In this document: positions 31,332 through 32,000 of the stretch, piece by piece
Layout: every line of letters starts with the position of its first letter
Numbering within the stretch: the stretch's first letter is position 1
Source of the DNA: Mycolicibacterium smegmatis
GTDB lineage: Bacteria > Actinomycetota > Actinomycetes > Mycobacteriales > Mycobacteriaceae
Reading direction: 5' to 3'
Assembly (NCBI RefSeq): GCF_001457595.1
Contig: NZ_LN831039.1
Location: 3,150,001 to 3,182,000 of the forward strand
Length of the DNA: 32,000 nucleotides
Translations under genes and position numbers: made by a program
The notes under the pieces: generated by a model
The model's input: only the letters and a program-made list of their open reading frames with translations
Database searches by the model: none
What the model was told of the DNA's origin: nothing

Positions 31332-32000
31332 CGCGCAATGGAAAGCGGGGCGGCGAGAAGGCCGTCCTGGTGCTTGAGGACGGTCGCGTCTTCACCGGGG
31401 TCTCGTTCGGGGCGGTCGGGCAGACGCTCGGCGAGGCGGTGTTCTCCACCGGCATGTCGGGTTACCAGGAGACGCTCACCGACCCCAGCTACTACGGGCA
31501 GATCGTGGTGGCCACCGCGCCGCAGATCGGCAACACCGGCTGGAACGACGAGGACGCCGAGAGCCGCGGCGACAAGATCTGGGTCGCGGGCTACGCGGTG
31601 CGTGACCCGTCGCCGCGCGCGTCGAACTGGCGCGCCACGCGCACCCTCGACGACGAACTGGTCGCCCAGGGCATCGTCGGCATCGCGGGCATCGACACCC
31701 GCGCGGTCGTGCGCCACCTGCGCACGCGTGGGTCGATGAAGGCCGGCGTGTTCTCAGGCGACGCCCTCGCCGACGACGACGTGCTGCTCGACCGTGTGCG
31801 CAACCAGCCGTCGATGCTGGGCGCGGACCTGGCGGGCAAAGTCACCACCGGTGAGACCTACGTCGTCGACCCCGAAGGCGAGCACCGGTTCACGGTCGCG
31901 GCCGTGGATCTGGGCATCAAGACCAACACGCCGCGCAACTTCGCACGCCGAGGTGTGCGCACGCACGTCCTGCCCGCCGCGGCGACGTTCGACCAGATCG
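31328..32000 (+). CDS. carA: Carbamoyl-phosphate synthase small (glutaminase) subunit, 3' truncated by window edge
   Basis: Not in the ORF track because no stop occurs in the window. My own translation from ATG 31328 gives [76 protein letters not shown]..., the typical CarA N-terminus. Confidence 0.93.
   Translation, partial: MTRNGKRGGEKAVLVLEDGRVFTGVSFGAVGQTLGEAVFSTGMSGYQETLTDPSYYGQIVVATAPQIGNTGWNDEDAESRGDKIWVAGYAVRDPSPRASNWRATRTLDDELVAQGIVGIAGIDTRAVVRHLRTRGSMKAGVFSGDALADDDVLLDRVRNQPSMLGADLAGKVTTGETYVVDPEGEHRFTVAAVDLGIKTNTPRNFARRGVRTHVLPAAATFDQI

Noticed and set aside
31338-31739. 133-aa plus-strand ORF from the track
   Set aside because: It is out of frame with carA, whose frame (from ATG 31328) gives a textbook CarA N-terminus and stays open to the window edge.

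Overview
High-GC (about 67-68%) actinobacterial chromosome, almost certainly a fast-growing Mycobacterium/Mycolicibacterium (M. smegmatis-like). This call rests on gene content, order and protein sequences recalled from M. tuberculosis homologues; no database search was possible. Most of the window is conserved core genome on the + strand: rarA, yjbQ, alaS-ruvX-mltG-aroE, a small A24 peptidase, aroC-aroK-aroB, pepQ, efp-nusB, and pyrR-pyrB-pyrC-(membrane protein)-carA. Many junctions are translationally coupled, with 1, 4 or 8 nt start/stop overlaps. Two parts are not ordinary housekeeping. (1) nt 2-5733 holds a four-gene, overlap-coupled operon: a giant transglutaminase/DUF2126 protein, a circularly permuted ATP-grasp::alpha-E fusion, a transglutaminase-fold cysteine peptidase and a Zn-ribbon HExxH metallopeptidase. 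It ends in a 21-bp perfect hairpin. Comparative genomics has predicted this family to be a peptide-ligation/tagging system, but to my knowledge it is biochemically uncharacterised. It is my best candidate for an undescribed system. (2) nt 21630-27990 is about 6.4 kb of accessory-type genes between nusB and pyrR: an orphan AAA+/LuxR (LAL-type) regulator, a 79-aa sigma-region-4-like ORF, a Tet(X)-like class A flavin monooxygenase, a beta-lactamase-fold serine hydrolase and a SAM methyltransferase. A recurrent sequence signal is a TANNNT -10 hexamer 6-8 nt upstream of eight start codons, which suggests leaderless transcripts and refines at least one start site. I found no rRNA, tRNA, CRISPR array, IS element or long repeat. 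The many long antisense or out-of-frame ORFs in the track are high-GC artefacts.
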